Position numbers and translations under genes: made by a program
Part shown: positions 12,949-26,395 of the stretch, piece after piece
How positions within the stretch are numbered: position 1 is the first letter of the stretch
How the letters are laid out: the number at the start of each line of letters is the position of its first letter
Origin: Antedon mediterranea
Lineage: Eukaryota; Animalia; Echinodermata
Assembly: GCF_964355755.1 (NCBI RefSeq)
Contig: NC_092678.1
Location: forward strand, 7,146,422 to 7,210,421
Length of the DNA stretch: 64,000 bases
Reading direction: 5' to 3'
Notes under the pieces: model-generated
Told to the model about the DNA's origin: nothing
The model's database searches: none
What the model saw: the letters and a program-made list of their open reading frames with translations, nothing else

Positions 12949-15900
12949 TTAAAAATCAATATTGGTATTCCGATAGCAGTCATCAACGTGAAGTTGTAAA
13001 ACACCTTCGCTATGTAGTCTGGCGAGTTCATTAAACTCCTTGTTAAAGGCATGAACTACTCTGTTCATTTTCCTATCTTCATGGTAATGATATGGTGCCG
13101 GGCGGTTGTGTATGTCAGTTGAGAACGGCCAAAATCCGTACAGATGAACCTCATCACAAAACAAGAGCGCTGTCGTTGTTACGTAAAAGCCTTAAAGACA
13201 ACAATATACAATGTATAAATTTCAATTCAATTTAAGATATTTATTTACTATTTATTACATGTATTACTACTTTATTTAAATTTGAACAAGATTTGTATTG
13301 GTGTTTATTCAATTAAAAGACGCGTTGTAGTTAGCTTATACATGACTTGCAATAGTCAGTTAAAGATCTATTGTCCCTTGAAACACAACAAATTAAGGTC
13401 ACAATATTTTAAATTTAAATTGGCCATATCAAAGTTATATTAAAGTTATTCTCTTTAAGTCGAAAATTCGAGTCAAAAACAAGAAGTTTAGGCTACTTAA
13501 TTAACAGGTACGTAAATTAATTTGTATTCATTTCATCTGGAAAATCTTCGCGAGCGAAAGTAAATAAAGATTTCAAACCACGAGTATTCATTATGCATGA
13601 TGCTAATTAGGATTGTTTTCAACTCGTCACGGTTGAGAAGGTGTTTTCACACAGATCGCGAAGAAGTTTTATGATAATATTATGCATACAGAGTAGCCAA
13701 ACAAGCGCGTTGCATTATGAGATATATTTTGATCGAAAACTTTTTTTGAACAAAAAAACGTCTGTATTTTTCAGTTAAATGATTTTTTTTTCGACACATT
13801 TTTGGTGAAAGTTTAAAACTATTATGATACTTCAAAATGACCCACTTTTTTTCGAAATCTATTTTTTTTTTAATTAGTCGAAGGGACAATACATCTTTAA
13901 GTCAATTGTTTTTTTAAAGATGTATTGTCGACCTAAAAAATATTTTTTTTAAATAATTTTTTTGTTGAATATGCCCTTTTAATGTCACATAATAGTTATT
14001 GGATCGAAAAACAATTTATTTACCTGAAAGGCTGGAATTTAAAGCAAAAAATGGTCAAATTGGCTGCCAGCCAATGGATTTTTGGTTGAATTTAACCATT
14101 TATTTTTGTGGAATTAGTCAAAAGGACAATACATCTTTAAGATTCATCTAACGACTGTTACGTAGCACCCGGTGATGGTAGTCTTATGACATCATCATTT
14201 CCATATGATAGACACTTAACATTTTTTTGTCACATAAAGTTTGATAGTGTAGACAGACAATTCCGGCTGGTTGTTGACGAGGTAGTTGATTTCGTCGTGG
14301 AATAGTTGTCCTAATAGGATAGGACATTATTGTCCAGGAATTGTTTATTATCTATACTAACGTTTGATCTGGTTTAGGTCTACTAACCTGTCGATAACCG
14401 GTTGCGCCGCATACCACTTCGTTTCGCCCAATATCCATTTATCTCTCTAAAATGATCTGGATTTCCATGTACAAATTTCACCGATGTCAAATTTGTATTT
14501 ATTAGTTTATTTATTTTAATTCCACTTTTATAGATCCATTCATTCGTGAAGGTTGGATACCAAATATAGTTGCTGTATTCATTCATTTTATCTATAAATC
14601 GTGACTGTTGATCATGGTTACGTATACTACCAAATCTACAAAGAGAGAAAATAAGAATATAGACATTGGGGAGTTTAGCACGAGCGCGTTAATTTTAAAG
14701 TTAACTTTAATCCGTTGAAGTTAACGCTTACGTGCTCATGCAAAAGCTCCCTATTGTTACAATTGTAGAAAATGTTAGCGAAATTTTGTTTCGGACAGTA
14801 CACGAAGAACAGAAGTTAAATAGACCAAATGCCGTTCTTATAGCCTACATGTTCCAGGTTTTCACACCTTCTCTGGTCAGACTCCGGCTTTATTCAGTTT
14901 CGTGTCAAATTGCGAGTACAGTATTATCACCTTTTCGTTTTAACGACGCGACACGCGGTTACGCGCACATCCTACGGTATAACAATTTAAAGAGTCTTCA
15001 CACTTACTAATCCTGCCGGGGTGGTCCGGCTCTGGTCTGGTTTTAGCAAACAAAATCACATCTCAATGCTTCGTTTTCACGACGCTCCACGCGCGCGTCT
15101 AACATACGCCTTTATACGAAGCATTGAGATGTGATTTCTTTTTTTGCTAAATCGGACCGTAGCGGATCACAGTTTGCGAGCCAAGTGTTACTCGTGCCAG
15201 TTTGCTCAGCCGATAGCTCTAGTGTGCGCCGGGCTTAATGTGAAATGATGTTTGCCCTACTCACCTGTCTTTAACAATTGAATGGTTAACTGTTGTTATA
15301 TTACTTTTAACACCCGCATCTTCTCTAAATTCATTGATTGGTGGAGCATTACATCTGAAATAATATAGTAATTATGTCTGTTTCAAATATCATTCATGCT
15401 TTAGTGACTTCTCGTGCTTAAAACGATATAGGAGTACAGTATCTACATCTTTTAGAATGTAGTTCTAGACTGGGCAATAGATATGAACTTCTCTAATGTA
15501 GACAATAAATGCTATCTATGTATCTGGGTAGTCATTGTAAGCTTTCGTACTTAAAAAAAAAGGTGAATAAATAATAATTAAAAAAAAAAAAATAAATGTA
15601 GACACTGAGTGCTATCTATGCATCTATGTGGCCATTATAAGCTTCCGTACTTTAAAAATGGTGAATAAATAATAATAAAAAAATTGGCCTACTAAAAAAT
15701 AAATAATGTAGACACTGAGTGTTATCTATGCATTTGGGTGGTCATTATAAGCTTCCGTACCTAAAACAAAGGTGAATACATAATAATTATAAAAAATAAC
15801 AAAATACTAAAAAATAAATAAATTAAATGATAGGCCTATATAACAATAAATAATATAGATATACGCGTTGGTCTTAAATCGATTTTCCCAATAATAGCCT

Positions 15901-18900
15901 ACGTGAATAATACATTATTAATGAGTACATAAAAATATTTTTATTTATTTATTTTATTGATTTTGGCGATAAAAACTGTTCATATTGATTTGGGTGAAAC
16001 ACGTGAGGATAACGTAACAGCATATTTCCTTTTCAATACATATTTTTTCAATTTCAATACATTTTTTGCTCTCAAAACAATTTTTCTTACAACTTATTTG
16101 GGCTTCTTTCCACACATACACATGTTTTACTGGCTGTTAAACGAGAAAATAAAACGAAAATGAGTTTACATTGATATTCAGGTATTTACGTCATAATTTG
16201 ACAAATGATTGAAAACTCACCTTATAACGAAGTCAGCTTTATCAATTTCTTTGCCGCATTTACTTCCATTCAATATCCCTCCGTTACCAACAATGGAACA
16301 TCTTTTATATACATTACGTTCTGGAGAATCCTGTAAAGAAACGATAATAATAGTATAAAATAATGAATCATATAACACCTGAGGCTGACTAGATTATTGT
16401 CTTTTATTTGGATGATTGTTCAGGCATAGCCTGACCTATGCCCATGTTATACCGTTCACACAGTAGGTTCACAATTGAATGTTTTGTATCCGAATTGAAT
16501 AGAGAGAATATTTTACGAGTTGAAAGGTCGACTTTTCTATTTTACAATAACTAGATACAGTAGATCATTCAATATGTCAACCCATAAAATATTCTCAGTA
16601 TCCAACTAATAAACATTTATTATTTTTAGCATACCTAAGTCCATAATAAATATAATATCCATTACATCCATTTAACCTATCAACTCTATTTTTAGTAATT
16701 ATTTTGTTTTATTCTCTATTCATTCAAGAACAATTTTTTTTACCAACATACTTGGAGCAACAATCTGTATAAGTCTTCACTTATATTCATACTTGCATGC
16801 GCTAACGTGCACTTTAACCTGTCAGATATGTTAACGTTTTTTTGGCTTAGAATCATCTCTGTATGGATAGATTTCTTTAAATCAGATCTTTAAAAAAAGC
16901 AAAAAAAAAATAAAAATAAATGTGTATTATTGGAAATATATAGTATACTAAACTGCAACTACTTAAACTTGTACATATTTAGTATTATAAACATTTGGTT
17001 GGTTAATTCGTATCACATGACGTTCAGCATTCGTGCTATATGGTACAAATAATGTCATTCTGTGAAGGATGATATATTTCACTCGACTTCGCCTCATGCT
17101 TTGATTGTTAGTTGCATTGTTAGGTTTAAGGTCGGATAACTTTGATTTTTCATCACATAAGCCCATTGAACACTTTGGTGGATATGTGCCATTAATATAT
17201 TATCTTATTATTTATCATAATCTCCTTATCAAAAAGCGATTCAATTAAGGTCACTCTTTTCAGAATATGTGATAGGCCTACTAAGTTGGATACCGTACAA
17301 ATAGTCCAGTCAATCTAATGATATACCCACCACAAATTGCAATAGTAACAAAGCTAGTATTTTTTAATTCTATATAATGTGTAGAGCGACATACTAAAAG
17401 TCACCGAAAATCCAAGCATTGGGTCAAGGGGTCAGAGGTCAATAAAGGTCATTTTAAGTCAAAATTAATATGCCCCATTAATTACATATATTTAACCATT
17501 TAAAATACATTATATACAAGTGGGATTTATGTCATCCGAAAGCTTATTAAATTTCCTATTCAGTGATATCAAACTTATAGTCATAACATTTTATTTAGAA
17601 TGTCATTTTTGCGGAAAAACACAACATAATGTGTCAATTTTGGCTAAAAATGTTGTTTTCGCTGTAAACAACAATGGTATACACACAGGGATACCCTGGG
17701 GTGAACATTTCAGTCCAACACGATACACATGACCAGTTCAAGATGCAGATAAGTGACATCTCCGTTCCTGTTGCTTCTGGATGATCTACATTCCATTTTT
17801 TCCAGATGGCATTTGTGTTGCCATGGTTACAGTGTTTATATTGGAATGTATAAGTATTTTAATGATTTTTTAACCAGTAGAAATACAAAGATGTTCAACA
17901 GCAGTTTGACAATGACCTCCATGTTGTATGACGTTCGGACCATCTGGGCTGGATTGTCAACAGACCTGGTGATTGAAAAGGTTTCTATGAAAAGCCTCAA
18001 AGAAAACCAGAGGTTTGACAAGAGATTTAGGAATGAGTACATCCAGACCAAATCTGCGTTGAATGTAATGCCTCGCAATAGTATCAGGGCGTTACTCCAG
18101 CAGCGGCCAACATAAGAACTTTGGCCACACGTCAGGAACACAATAGCAATTGAAAAATCCATTTGGTTACGACTCAGAGACTTCATACCATTGACACGGG
18201 AGTTACTGCAGGTGACTCGGAATATTGGCAATGTGGTATTAAGCATTGAATATTTTGGACGGATGTTAGACCAGAAAGTCTTGCAATGTATTCAAGATCC
18301 TGGCAATAAAGTACATACAGGCAAATATGTGTGCATCGATCCTACAGTTCCAGAGGAGACTCGAGGTGACAACAAGGAAGTTTTTGAACATGAACTTTGT
18401 TATCCACCAGCACTTTTTGAAACAACCAACTTACAATACTTTCAGCTAATAAACCAACATGATGCCATGTGGAAACAATGAATAGTCTAACACATCCAAC
18501 TCACTGAATGATGTCCGATAGGCCTACATTCTAGATGGTAGTGCTCTACTGCACAGCATTCCATGGAATAGTGTAGAGACTTGATGCGATCTGCCATCAT
18601 AGTCTTTGATGATTATGAAAGCGGCTCATCCACCAAAGATGGCACACATGGTAAGGCGGGTCAGGTGGTAGTATCCCTGTACATTTTACCAGTGACATGT
18701 TCCACAAAATAGGATCACTTTCTGTAACAAACGACAATTTATAAATCTTCGTAATTAGTACCGGTACTTGAACAAAATGGCAATGAGTGAATGCAGCTGC
18801 TGATGCAGATGTTATTTCGGATAGTACAAAAAACCATTGAATCAGCAAACCGGAAAACATCTGTCATTATCCGATGACACGGATCTACTAGTGCTCCTCT

Positions 18901-21900
18901 GCAGTCAAGCATTTAAAACATCTTGTGATATTCTTTAGACTGGAGCTGAGATGCTGGACTATCAAACTGGTTCAAACAGTACATTTGAGAGACATCTGTG
19001 ATAACCTTCTGTTTGCTCATGCGATACTGGTGACACAACATCCAGAGTTTTCGGAATTGGAAAACAAGTGGCTCTAAAAACAGCTTGTCATTGCACTTAT
19101 TTCTGACATTATGCTGTAGTCTTCAGATGCAAACAAGCTACAAAGGATGACATTGTGGTTGCTAGAGAAAATGGTTTAGTGCGTCTGTACAATGGACTAC
19201 CTGGACAACGTGGAATGCCTTTGACTCCATCCCATCTACAAGTACAACCTCGCATATCGCCAACTTCATAATCGTACCACAACCAAGGTACTTAACATCA
19301 TGTTCAAGTTCAAGATATCTTTTAGCAATGGAGTGGGATTGATATGTGTACCGAGGATTGGGGATAGAAGATCAGATGATGGAAACATGGTTCCTCTACA
19401 CACAGACTTAAAGCCAGAACCTGAGTATCTCCTTGAAGCATTCAGGGGTGGTGAATGCAATGGCATTGCACTGTACTAATACCCGAACAGAAAGTGATAC
19501 TGATGACATATAAGTTGTGAGTCCTTTTCTCTTTGAAGGATTAAACGATATCATCCCACAATTCAAATGAAAAGGACTGGATTAAAATGATCTTACAAAA
19601 TATACAAAAATCACAATATACAGTACAATATAACAAGAGTCAAAGTTCAAGAATTTAAGAGTCGGATGGCAACTGACAGAATTTCTTTTCCAGTTTGTTC
19701 TACATGCCGGGCATTAAAAGCGACGCCCATGAGGCATGAGCTCGAAATCACTGAACAAGGCATGGTTAACATTTTTTAGAATAGCTCTACTTTTTTCCAG
19801 AGTTTGCATGTCACAGAAGGAAGATAAGCTACGAAGTTGACAACCTATTAATTTAGAACTTAAGTTAACAATTCTTTGTAGTGAGTTTCTCTCTTTGACC
19901 CTAAGACTAAAAAAACAGCATATAAAGGAAAAAAGTTAAAACGTTCTCAATAAAGGAATTATAAAAAACTATGAGAATTACTTTATCGACATTAAAATGG
20001 TTCAGCTTCCTTAACAGATAAAGTCTCTGGTGTCCTTTCTTTACTATTGCCTCTGTATTTAATTCCCAGCTGAGATTGTTCTCAAATATAGTACCTAGGT
20101 ATTTAAAGGAATGGACAATATCGCTGGTTCGTCATTTGTGGAGGATACCAGAGGGCTGCGTCCTTTCTCCTTCCTAAAATCTACAATTATCTCCTTGGTT
20201 TTGGTCACATTGAGTTCCAAGTAGGAGTTTCCACAAAATTGGATAAAACCATCTAATGCGGAACCATGACCGTCCTGTGAATTTTGAAGGAGAGACAGCA
20301 AGATAGTGTCGTCAGCAAATTTGAAAAGATGACTATTGTCCTGTTTGCTCCGACAGTCATCCGTGTATATAATATACAGGAGAGGAGAAAAGACGCAACC
20401 CTGCGAAGATCAAATACTTGTCATTACGTACATTCGTTGATACTAAAATTATCAAAAATCTATCTATAGTAAATCATGAGTTGATTCCAAATTACCAAGA
20501 CTCATTAATTAATCAACAATGAATTAATGAATTTTAATGTTCTTCTAGCTAGCATCATTTTTCCTATTTCATGACGATACAATAGGTACAGGAAAAACAT
20601 TATTTGCACCAAATACTTCCAAAATATAAATTTAATTTATATAAACATAATTTAGTTTTACGCTATATTAAGAAAATTTGAGTTTTTGTAAAAGTTCAAT
20701 GACCTTTTGACCTCTAGTTACGTATAACTGTTGTATTAATTGTTTTTTTAATGTATATTATTAGTAGGATTCATCTTTATCGTTTCAAATTAATTAATTA
20801 AAATTTCAGTATATCACCGGGCAGTTTAGAATTAATGTTCATTGCCTTATTAGTAGGATGTGTATACTCTACACATTGGTACTAAAGCTATTTAGATATG
20901 ATTATAAAACAATGGATTATAGGCATAAACGCTACCCCCTACCCCAAAATTGTTTACATTACATTTGATCAAGAATCAATTTCAATAAGAATAGTACCTG
21001 ATTACTTTTATTCTTCTAGTTAACATCATGTTTCCTATTTTATATATCGATAGGTACAGATAAAACACAATTTTGATTAAATGCATATACAATTATGGCA
21101 CAATATTACAGTTAATCATTTTTTTAAGGAAAAAAATTAGTTTTTGTAAAAGGTCAATAACCTTTTGACCTCTAGTTATATGAATAAATGTTGTATTTTG
21201 TTTTTTTAAATTGCATATTAGAAAGAAATATATATTCTACACATTGATATCAAGATTATTGAGATTGGATTATAAAACCACAAGTTATTGGCATAAATGT
21301 TACCCCCTACCCCAAAATATTTATGGAATAAAATCACTATATAGTTGTTGAGATTACGTAAAAAATAATGTGTTCCAATGCTTCAATTTTCGGTGACATA
21401 ATATGTCATTATAAACTACATTTGGAATGAAAAAATTAATGTTTCGTTACTATTGCAATTTGTGGTGGGTTTACCTCTAAATATCACTAGATTGACTGGA
21501 CTAAAAGTTAGTTTTGATTCCAAAGGATTTTGGTATACGCAAACAATAAACAGGCATTGTTGAGCCCTTTTTAATACCATTGATTGTGCTGTTTAATTAG
21601 TTAATTAGTTAATTAGAACAGTAGGTTAAAATAAAACAAAGAATGACTATTTTATATTCTTTCTTTCGTTGAAAGTCTGATCAGGGAGTTGTAACTCCCT
21701 GGTCTGATGTTCTATCTAAATGAGACGAAACACATTCTACCTTGATCCATCGTTCCGAATTCGGAGTCCGAATCAGGTACGTATTTAAATCGTACTAATT
21801 CGCGGTGAACGATCATGCTTTACAACTGAACCCATTATCCACGATATTTTTCTCAAGGCACCGGAGCGAATCCGGGCGCGATGTGAAAGCAGCTTAAATC

Positions 21901-22676
21901 AGTTGTTTACCAAACAGTATAAAACCTTGAGTTTCATTGTTGTAAATCTGAAGGAATTTCTTTTTGTTGTTAAATTATAACCTGATTTAATTGTTTCGGT
22001 TGTATTACCTTAGATCTTGTAAATTGGATATATTTTGTTTCCACGGTGTCATAAACAGACCTGCCACGTCGAGTGTACTCTCACTGTTGGTCGACATATT
22101 TGCAATATACTTAAATTTATGATTTCGAATCGTTATTTTTCTTGGTGAATTCTCCACCATTGTTTTATTTACGTTTTCTGGTTTTCTGTTCTTTGTGAAT
22201 TTTTTTTCCAATTCATTGTAAACCTTGGTAAGAGAATACAGTTTTTGCTGCACACTTTTTTCGTTAAGATTGTTCATTGACGGCTGAATTTTCCACCTAG
22301 ACAATATATTGATAAAAGAAATATGTCAATGTAAAGTTGTTCACGAACGTTCCTACCGTTATTATGATATCATCTTCAACAAATAAATTTCGTTTCGTTT
22401 TCAACCCTTCCCAATTTTATAATTTATTCAATTCAAAATGTTACTATCACACTTACCCTACTATAGATCATCCAGTCTCAACTTTCATATCTTTCATTTT
22501 CAATCGCTTTAATTTTCACCAATTTTTCGAAAATTATTATTTAGAAAAATCATCTCATTATCAGCATCATCATCATCATCATCATCATCATCAACATCGT
22601 CGTCGTCTTCGTCGTCGTCGTCATCGTAATCATCATCATCGTCGTCATTATCATAATCATCAACATCAAAGTCGTT

Positions 22677-22707
<31 letters not shown>

Positions 22708-22911
22708 TCATCATCATCATCATAATCATCATCATCATATTCATCATCGTCATCATCATCATCATCATCATCATTATTATCATCATCATCTTCATATCCC
22801 TGATTTGGTCATCATTGTGTGTTTTTTTTGTGGTTTTTTTTCTTACCATATGTATGTTGTAATCGTGACAGAGAGTGCAACCGTGAACCAAAGTACTCGA
22901 ACTGACTTCAT
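12949..22911 (-). CDS. ST8SIA: ST8Sia-like alpha-2,8-sialyltransferase (GT29), paralogue B, complete, 392 aa
   Basis: Exons 22847-22911 ([22 protein letters not shown]), 22009-22296, 16752-16887, 16221-16330, 15265-15354, 14388-14635 and 12949-13190 total 1179 nt in one open frame. Motifs: L ([33 protein letters not shown]...DAGVKS), S ([26 protein letters not shown]), III (YHYHE), VS (HAFNKEF), and a C-terminal Cys (LHVDDC). Confidence 0.93.
13364..13896. mobile_element. Kolobok-like MITE (TTAA target)
   Basis: TTAA|AGATCTATTGTCCCT...AGGGACAATACATCT|TTAA. Confidence 0.7.
13918..14136. mobile_element. Second, shorter Kolobok-like MITE of the same family
   Basis: TTAA|AGATGTATTGTC...GACAATACATCT|TTAA. 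Confidence 0.65.
15495..15790. repeat. Three diverged ~105-bp tandem copies in intron 4 of gene B
   Basis: AATGTAGACA...TATCTATG...AAGCTT(C/T)CGTAC...GGTGAATA repeated three times. Confidence 0.7.
17302..21503 (+). mobile_element. Decayed Academ-type DNA transposon in intron 2 of gene B
   Basis: TIRs TAGTCCAGTCAATCTA...TAGATTGACTGGACTA (extending to CCCACCACAAATTGCAATAGTAAC), with AAA on both flanks. Frameshifted transposase remnants on the + strand (~17750-19470): [52 protein letters not shown]...DTTS. Confidence 0.78.
19500..20420 (-). mobile_element. 5'-truncated non-LTR retrotransposon (Rex1/Babar or L2-type) RT fragment nested in the Academ element
   Basis: Minus-strand peptide [17 protein letters not shown]...[13 protein letters not shown]...[17 protein letters not shown], then [33 protein letters not shown]. 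The lower boundary is approximate. Confidence 0.82.
21682..21701. mobile_element. 20-bp minimal TIR remnant with 7-bp TSD (P-like)
   Basis: GTCTGAT|CAGGGAGTTGTAACTCCCTG|GTCTGAT. Confidence 0.6.
22548..22795. repeat. Compound (CAT)n/(CGT)n microsatellite in intron 1 of gene B
   Basis: Directly visible trinucleotide runs; source of the spurious poly-His/Arg and poly-Met ORFs. Confidence 0.95.
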
Positions 22912-24473
22912 TGTGTTTAAGTCATTGATAGGTACTGTAGCCTAATAATGGAAAATTATCATTAATTACAGATAACATTGTAACAATACTTATTTAATAA
23001 GTTATATCTAACGACGAGTAATGCATTATTTGTTTTATAACACACCTCTGTAAACTTTTGCTTATTTGGTCCGCTACTTCCTTTCCATCTGACCATTAAA
23101 AAGCAAACATGCCTATTTTATCATTATTTGAATATTATTTTATTTAGAGGTTAGATTGATTTGTTTTTAATATTCCATGCACCGCTTAGCTCTCAATTCG
23201 TTCCTTTTTTACATTTGTTAATTGTTAAAAAACGCTCATATTAGCGGAGTTTTTTTTTTGTAGCGTAAGCACGTCGCAATAAAACGTTATACAATACTAC
23301 AATAGCCGCACCTGACGTATTCCATGGTGGAAATAATACGTTTTAGCGTAAAATCGTTCGCAAATTAATATCCTATAAATACAGTTTGATTAAAAGAAAG
23401 AAGAAAGAAAGAGAGTTTCTTGCTCAACTAAAACATCGTTATGTGATAATTCTGCAGCTGCAGCTGTCACACAGATTTTGACCAACCGATTTATCGAAAA
23501 TCCTATATAACACTAAACCACCTGATCATAAACAACAATTAACTGGAGAATATAGAGGCCCGTTGCGTTAGGAACGCCAGAAAATATCGTACATAGCCAT
23601 GATACGTGAGTTTGGCTCTCTATCGAAAGAACCTTCCGTAAGCGGCCACTTTTTCTGGTCCACGGGGTGGCCGCTTACGTGAGTGAGGTTCAACTGTATT
23701 GACAGTACCTTTTTTATCTTTGTCACTAGTTTGTATAGACAATGTACTTGACACAATAAACCTAGACCCGGATCTAGACAGCTGTGGAATTGGATGTTTG
23801 AAAAGTAATTAGTTATCTAAACAAGGCCGTATACATGGCTGCAGTCGCGTGCTTAAATTTTAGTTAGTGTTTACCGACCAACCGACAGATCGACCAACTA
23901 ACCGACATAGTGAACTGGGCATGAAAATGGGCACGTAGCAGTTTGAATACTGTGCAAACAATATCAGATTTAAAATGGATCAAGTCAACATGGTTAACGA
24001 TTTTTTACAAATATTTGTGTGTTTAGTCAAGTGAAAGAATATCATTTTTTTGTTGGAAAACATGTATTAACATGAAAAGTAAATAATTGTTTCGTTATTC
24101 TAGCTAGACTGTATAGATATATACAATTAATTCAATAATAACAAAGCATACCTTTGTGTAACAATGTAAGTCTTTCTGTGGTGTTTAAACCACCCTTTCG
24201 AATCAATAATATAAGTTAAGCATTATATCTGAGTTTATAACGATCACGCTTGTCCGGCTGACTTCGTCATAAATTATAGTAAATGAATTCTGCAATGCTT
24301 CGTTTTAATATTTTGTTGCAGAGTTCAAATTATTATCAATCTTTTTTCGGTTAAAGTTTCCCTTGTAATGGACCATGATAAGACTTTAATATTGTTGGTG
24401 TCCCGCTTTTCAAATAAATGCCCATATTTCAGCATAAGAATGTTCCGCTTTTGGACGACCAATGGTCATTAAT

Positions 24474-24635
24474 GCTTGATTCCCACTAGAGACGCAACAC
24501 AATGACGTAACGCAACGTAAGTGAGTGAGTTGACCAATCACAAGCGATGGATAATTCGAACTGTCACTTGTCATTGATCAACACGCTTGCGTTGCGTTTA
24601 CGTCCTTGCGTTACGTCCTTGTGGGAACCAAGCTT
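24474..24635. mobile_element. Harbinger-like MITE (GCTTGGTTCCCACTAG family)
   Basis: GCTTGATTCCCACTAG...GTGGGAACCAAGCT; relatives at ~28538-28708 and ~38440-39110. Confidence 0.6.
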
Positions 24636-25190
24636 TACTGAGGGTGAAAAGTTAGAGGTGTAGTATATAAAGAACTAAGTGTAATATAACAGTTTAATGA
24701 TATGTTCCCATAATATGCTATTCTACAAACCCATCCTTTAAAATGTTATGAAAATTGGAAAATAACTGATTTGAGTAATAATACTGCTAACCAATAAACA
24801 TAAAAAGAAATTCAACATAGTTAAAACAGGCGTCACTGCGTTTTTTGAATAAAAACGGCAGGCCTACTCAGTTTTGGTCTATTAAGCATTTCTGTTTCCA
24901 ACTATTCATAGAATAGATCAGAGTGTGAATAGAAGTGAACCCATGACCCTGAAGTTCTACTTTCGTATATAGATTACTAAAATCTTCTGTTCAAAATAGG
25001 GGTATTATTATACGATGTTTAAATGTTGTAATGTAATCGTTATGCTTAAATAGCCTTTATGTTTAATCCATATCCAACCTCGTTTCGAATATAGTGTATA
25101 CCTAAGTTCTTTATTAATATATGTAGGATTGACTACACGGGGCCCATGGCTGTAAGTCCCATTCGATGTATGAGTCAATCCCTTGCCTAA

Positions 25191-25349
25191 AGCTCTGTCT
25201 ACACTATCAAACTAGTTTGAGAAAAAAAATGTGATGTGCCCAAATATGGTAGTGATATGTTTAAGTATGGTAGTGATATGATGTCATCATGTCCATATAT
25301 GGGTACATGACATTTTTTGTAAAACTAGTTTGATAGTGTAGACAGAGCT
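25191..25349. mobile_element. Harbinger-like MITE (AGCTCTGTCTACACTATCAAAC family)
   Basis: TAA|AGCTCTGTCTACACTATCAAACTAGTTT...AAACTAGTTTGATAGTGTAGACAGAGCT|TTA. Other copies or remnants at ~1320, 9770-9862, 14170-14257, 33518, 34355-34480, 38085-38222 and 39133-39272. Confidence 0.8.
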
Positions 25350-25442
25350 TTAGGATGGAATCGGTATGGTACATATGGGCTCGAACTCATGCCTATTACA
25401 TGCTAGTCGATCCGATATTATCATCATTACAACACCGATATA

Positions 25443-25537
25443 ACAGCACCCGACGCGATCCCAGACGGTCTCCCATCCGGAAGCTGAACTTCCGTGATCT
25501 GACGAGAACTGGGTGTTCCCGACGCAGCATGGCCGTA
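25443..25537 (-). pseudogene. 5S rRNA pseudogene / 5S-derived fragment with internal deletion
   Basis: Minus strand ACGGCCAT...GTTCTCGTCAGATCACGGAAGTT...GGATGGGAGACCGTCTGGGA...GGGTGCTGT matches the metazoan 5S rRNA layout but lacks ~20 nt. Confidence 0.75.
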
Positions 25538-26395
25538 ATTGTTTACAAATAAATCATTCTACTCGTCTAACCAATCGGAATATTAAGGCTACTTACGTTT
25601 TAACTGGATGTTATCCCGAATTATTACCGTGTATTGCCAACATTATAGTCTCACCAATTATATTATTAATATATTATTGTTACACTTCACTATTGGTGTA
25701 TTAGACCTATTTTTAAATGCACTAACATTTTGAACAGACTATATTTTTCCTTAATTCAAAGGGGGCGCACTCACAGTTTCACTCCATTTTTCTTTTTTTT
25801 TGTGTCAAAGCACGCGCTGCAACCAAACAACATTTTAAGTTTATTTCAATAACGTCATCATTCCAAAAAATTAGAACATGATGTGGGTCCCGTAATTTCA
25901 CCTATGCTACACTGTTTATTATGGATATACAGTATACTGTACTATTATATATGACCCATAATAGGTACAACTCAGCACTAGAAGCGTATAATTATGCATC
26001 ATGTCATCGGATGGCGTACATCAACTTTTTACGATCGTATGTTAACATACATGCATGTTTAAACAAATTTAATTTCATTAAAATTATAAAAATGTTTACC
26101 TATAATTCGTCAAAGGGACGAATTAAATTCTAGTTTTATTTATATATGTAATTAATGTAAAGTAACATAAATTAAAATTATAATTTTTATAAATACAGCA
26201 CTGTATATCATAATTTGTTTCTGACAACACTGCTTGTAGATTTGTAAATTGTAAAAAAGGAAAGGGCAACTAACAAAGGACAAAAGATTGGTAAGAATTG
26301 AGTGAATGTTTTAAACGAGTTTTAAAGGATAGACTTAAAAATATAAAATATCAATAGAAGGTTTATTATTAACTAAATTATTGTATGAGAGGGAT

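Noticed and set aside
17753-18481. ORFs of 96-136 aa as independent genes
   Set aside because: Fragments or antisense shadows of the frameshifted transposase relic.
22337-22945. 202-aa His/Arg-rich ORF and antisense poly-Met ORF
   Set aside because: Both are translations of a CAT/CGT microsatellite; the real coding sequence here is the 65-nt first exon of gene B on the minus strand.
24151-24300. Candidate non-coding first exon of gene B (minus-strand AAG|GTATGC donor)
   Set aside because: A plausible donor site, but no independent support without transcript data.
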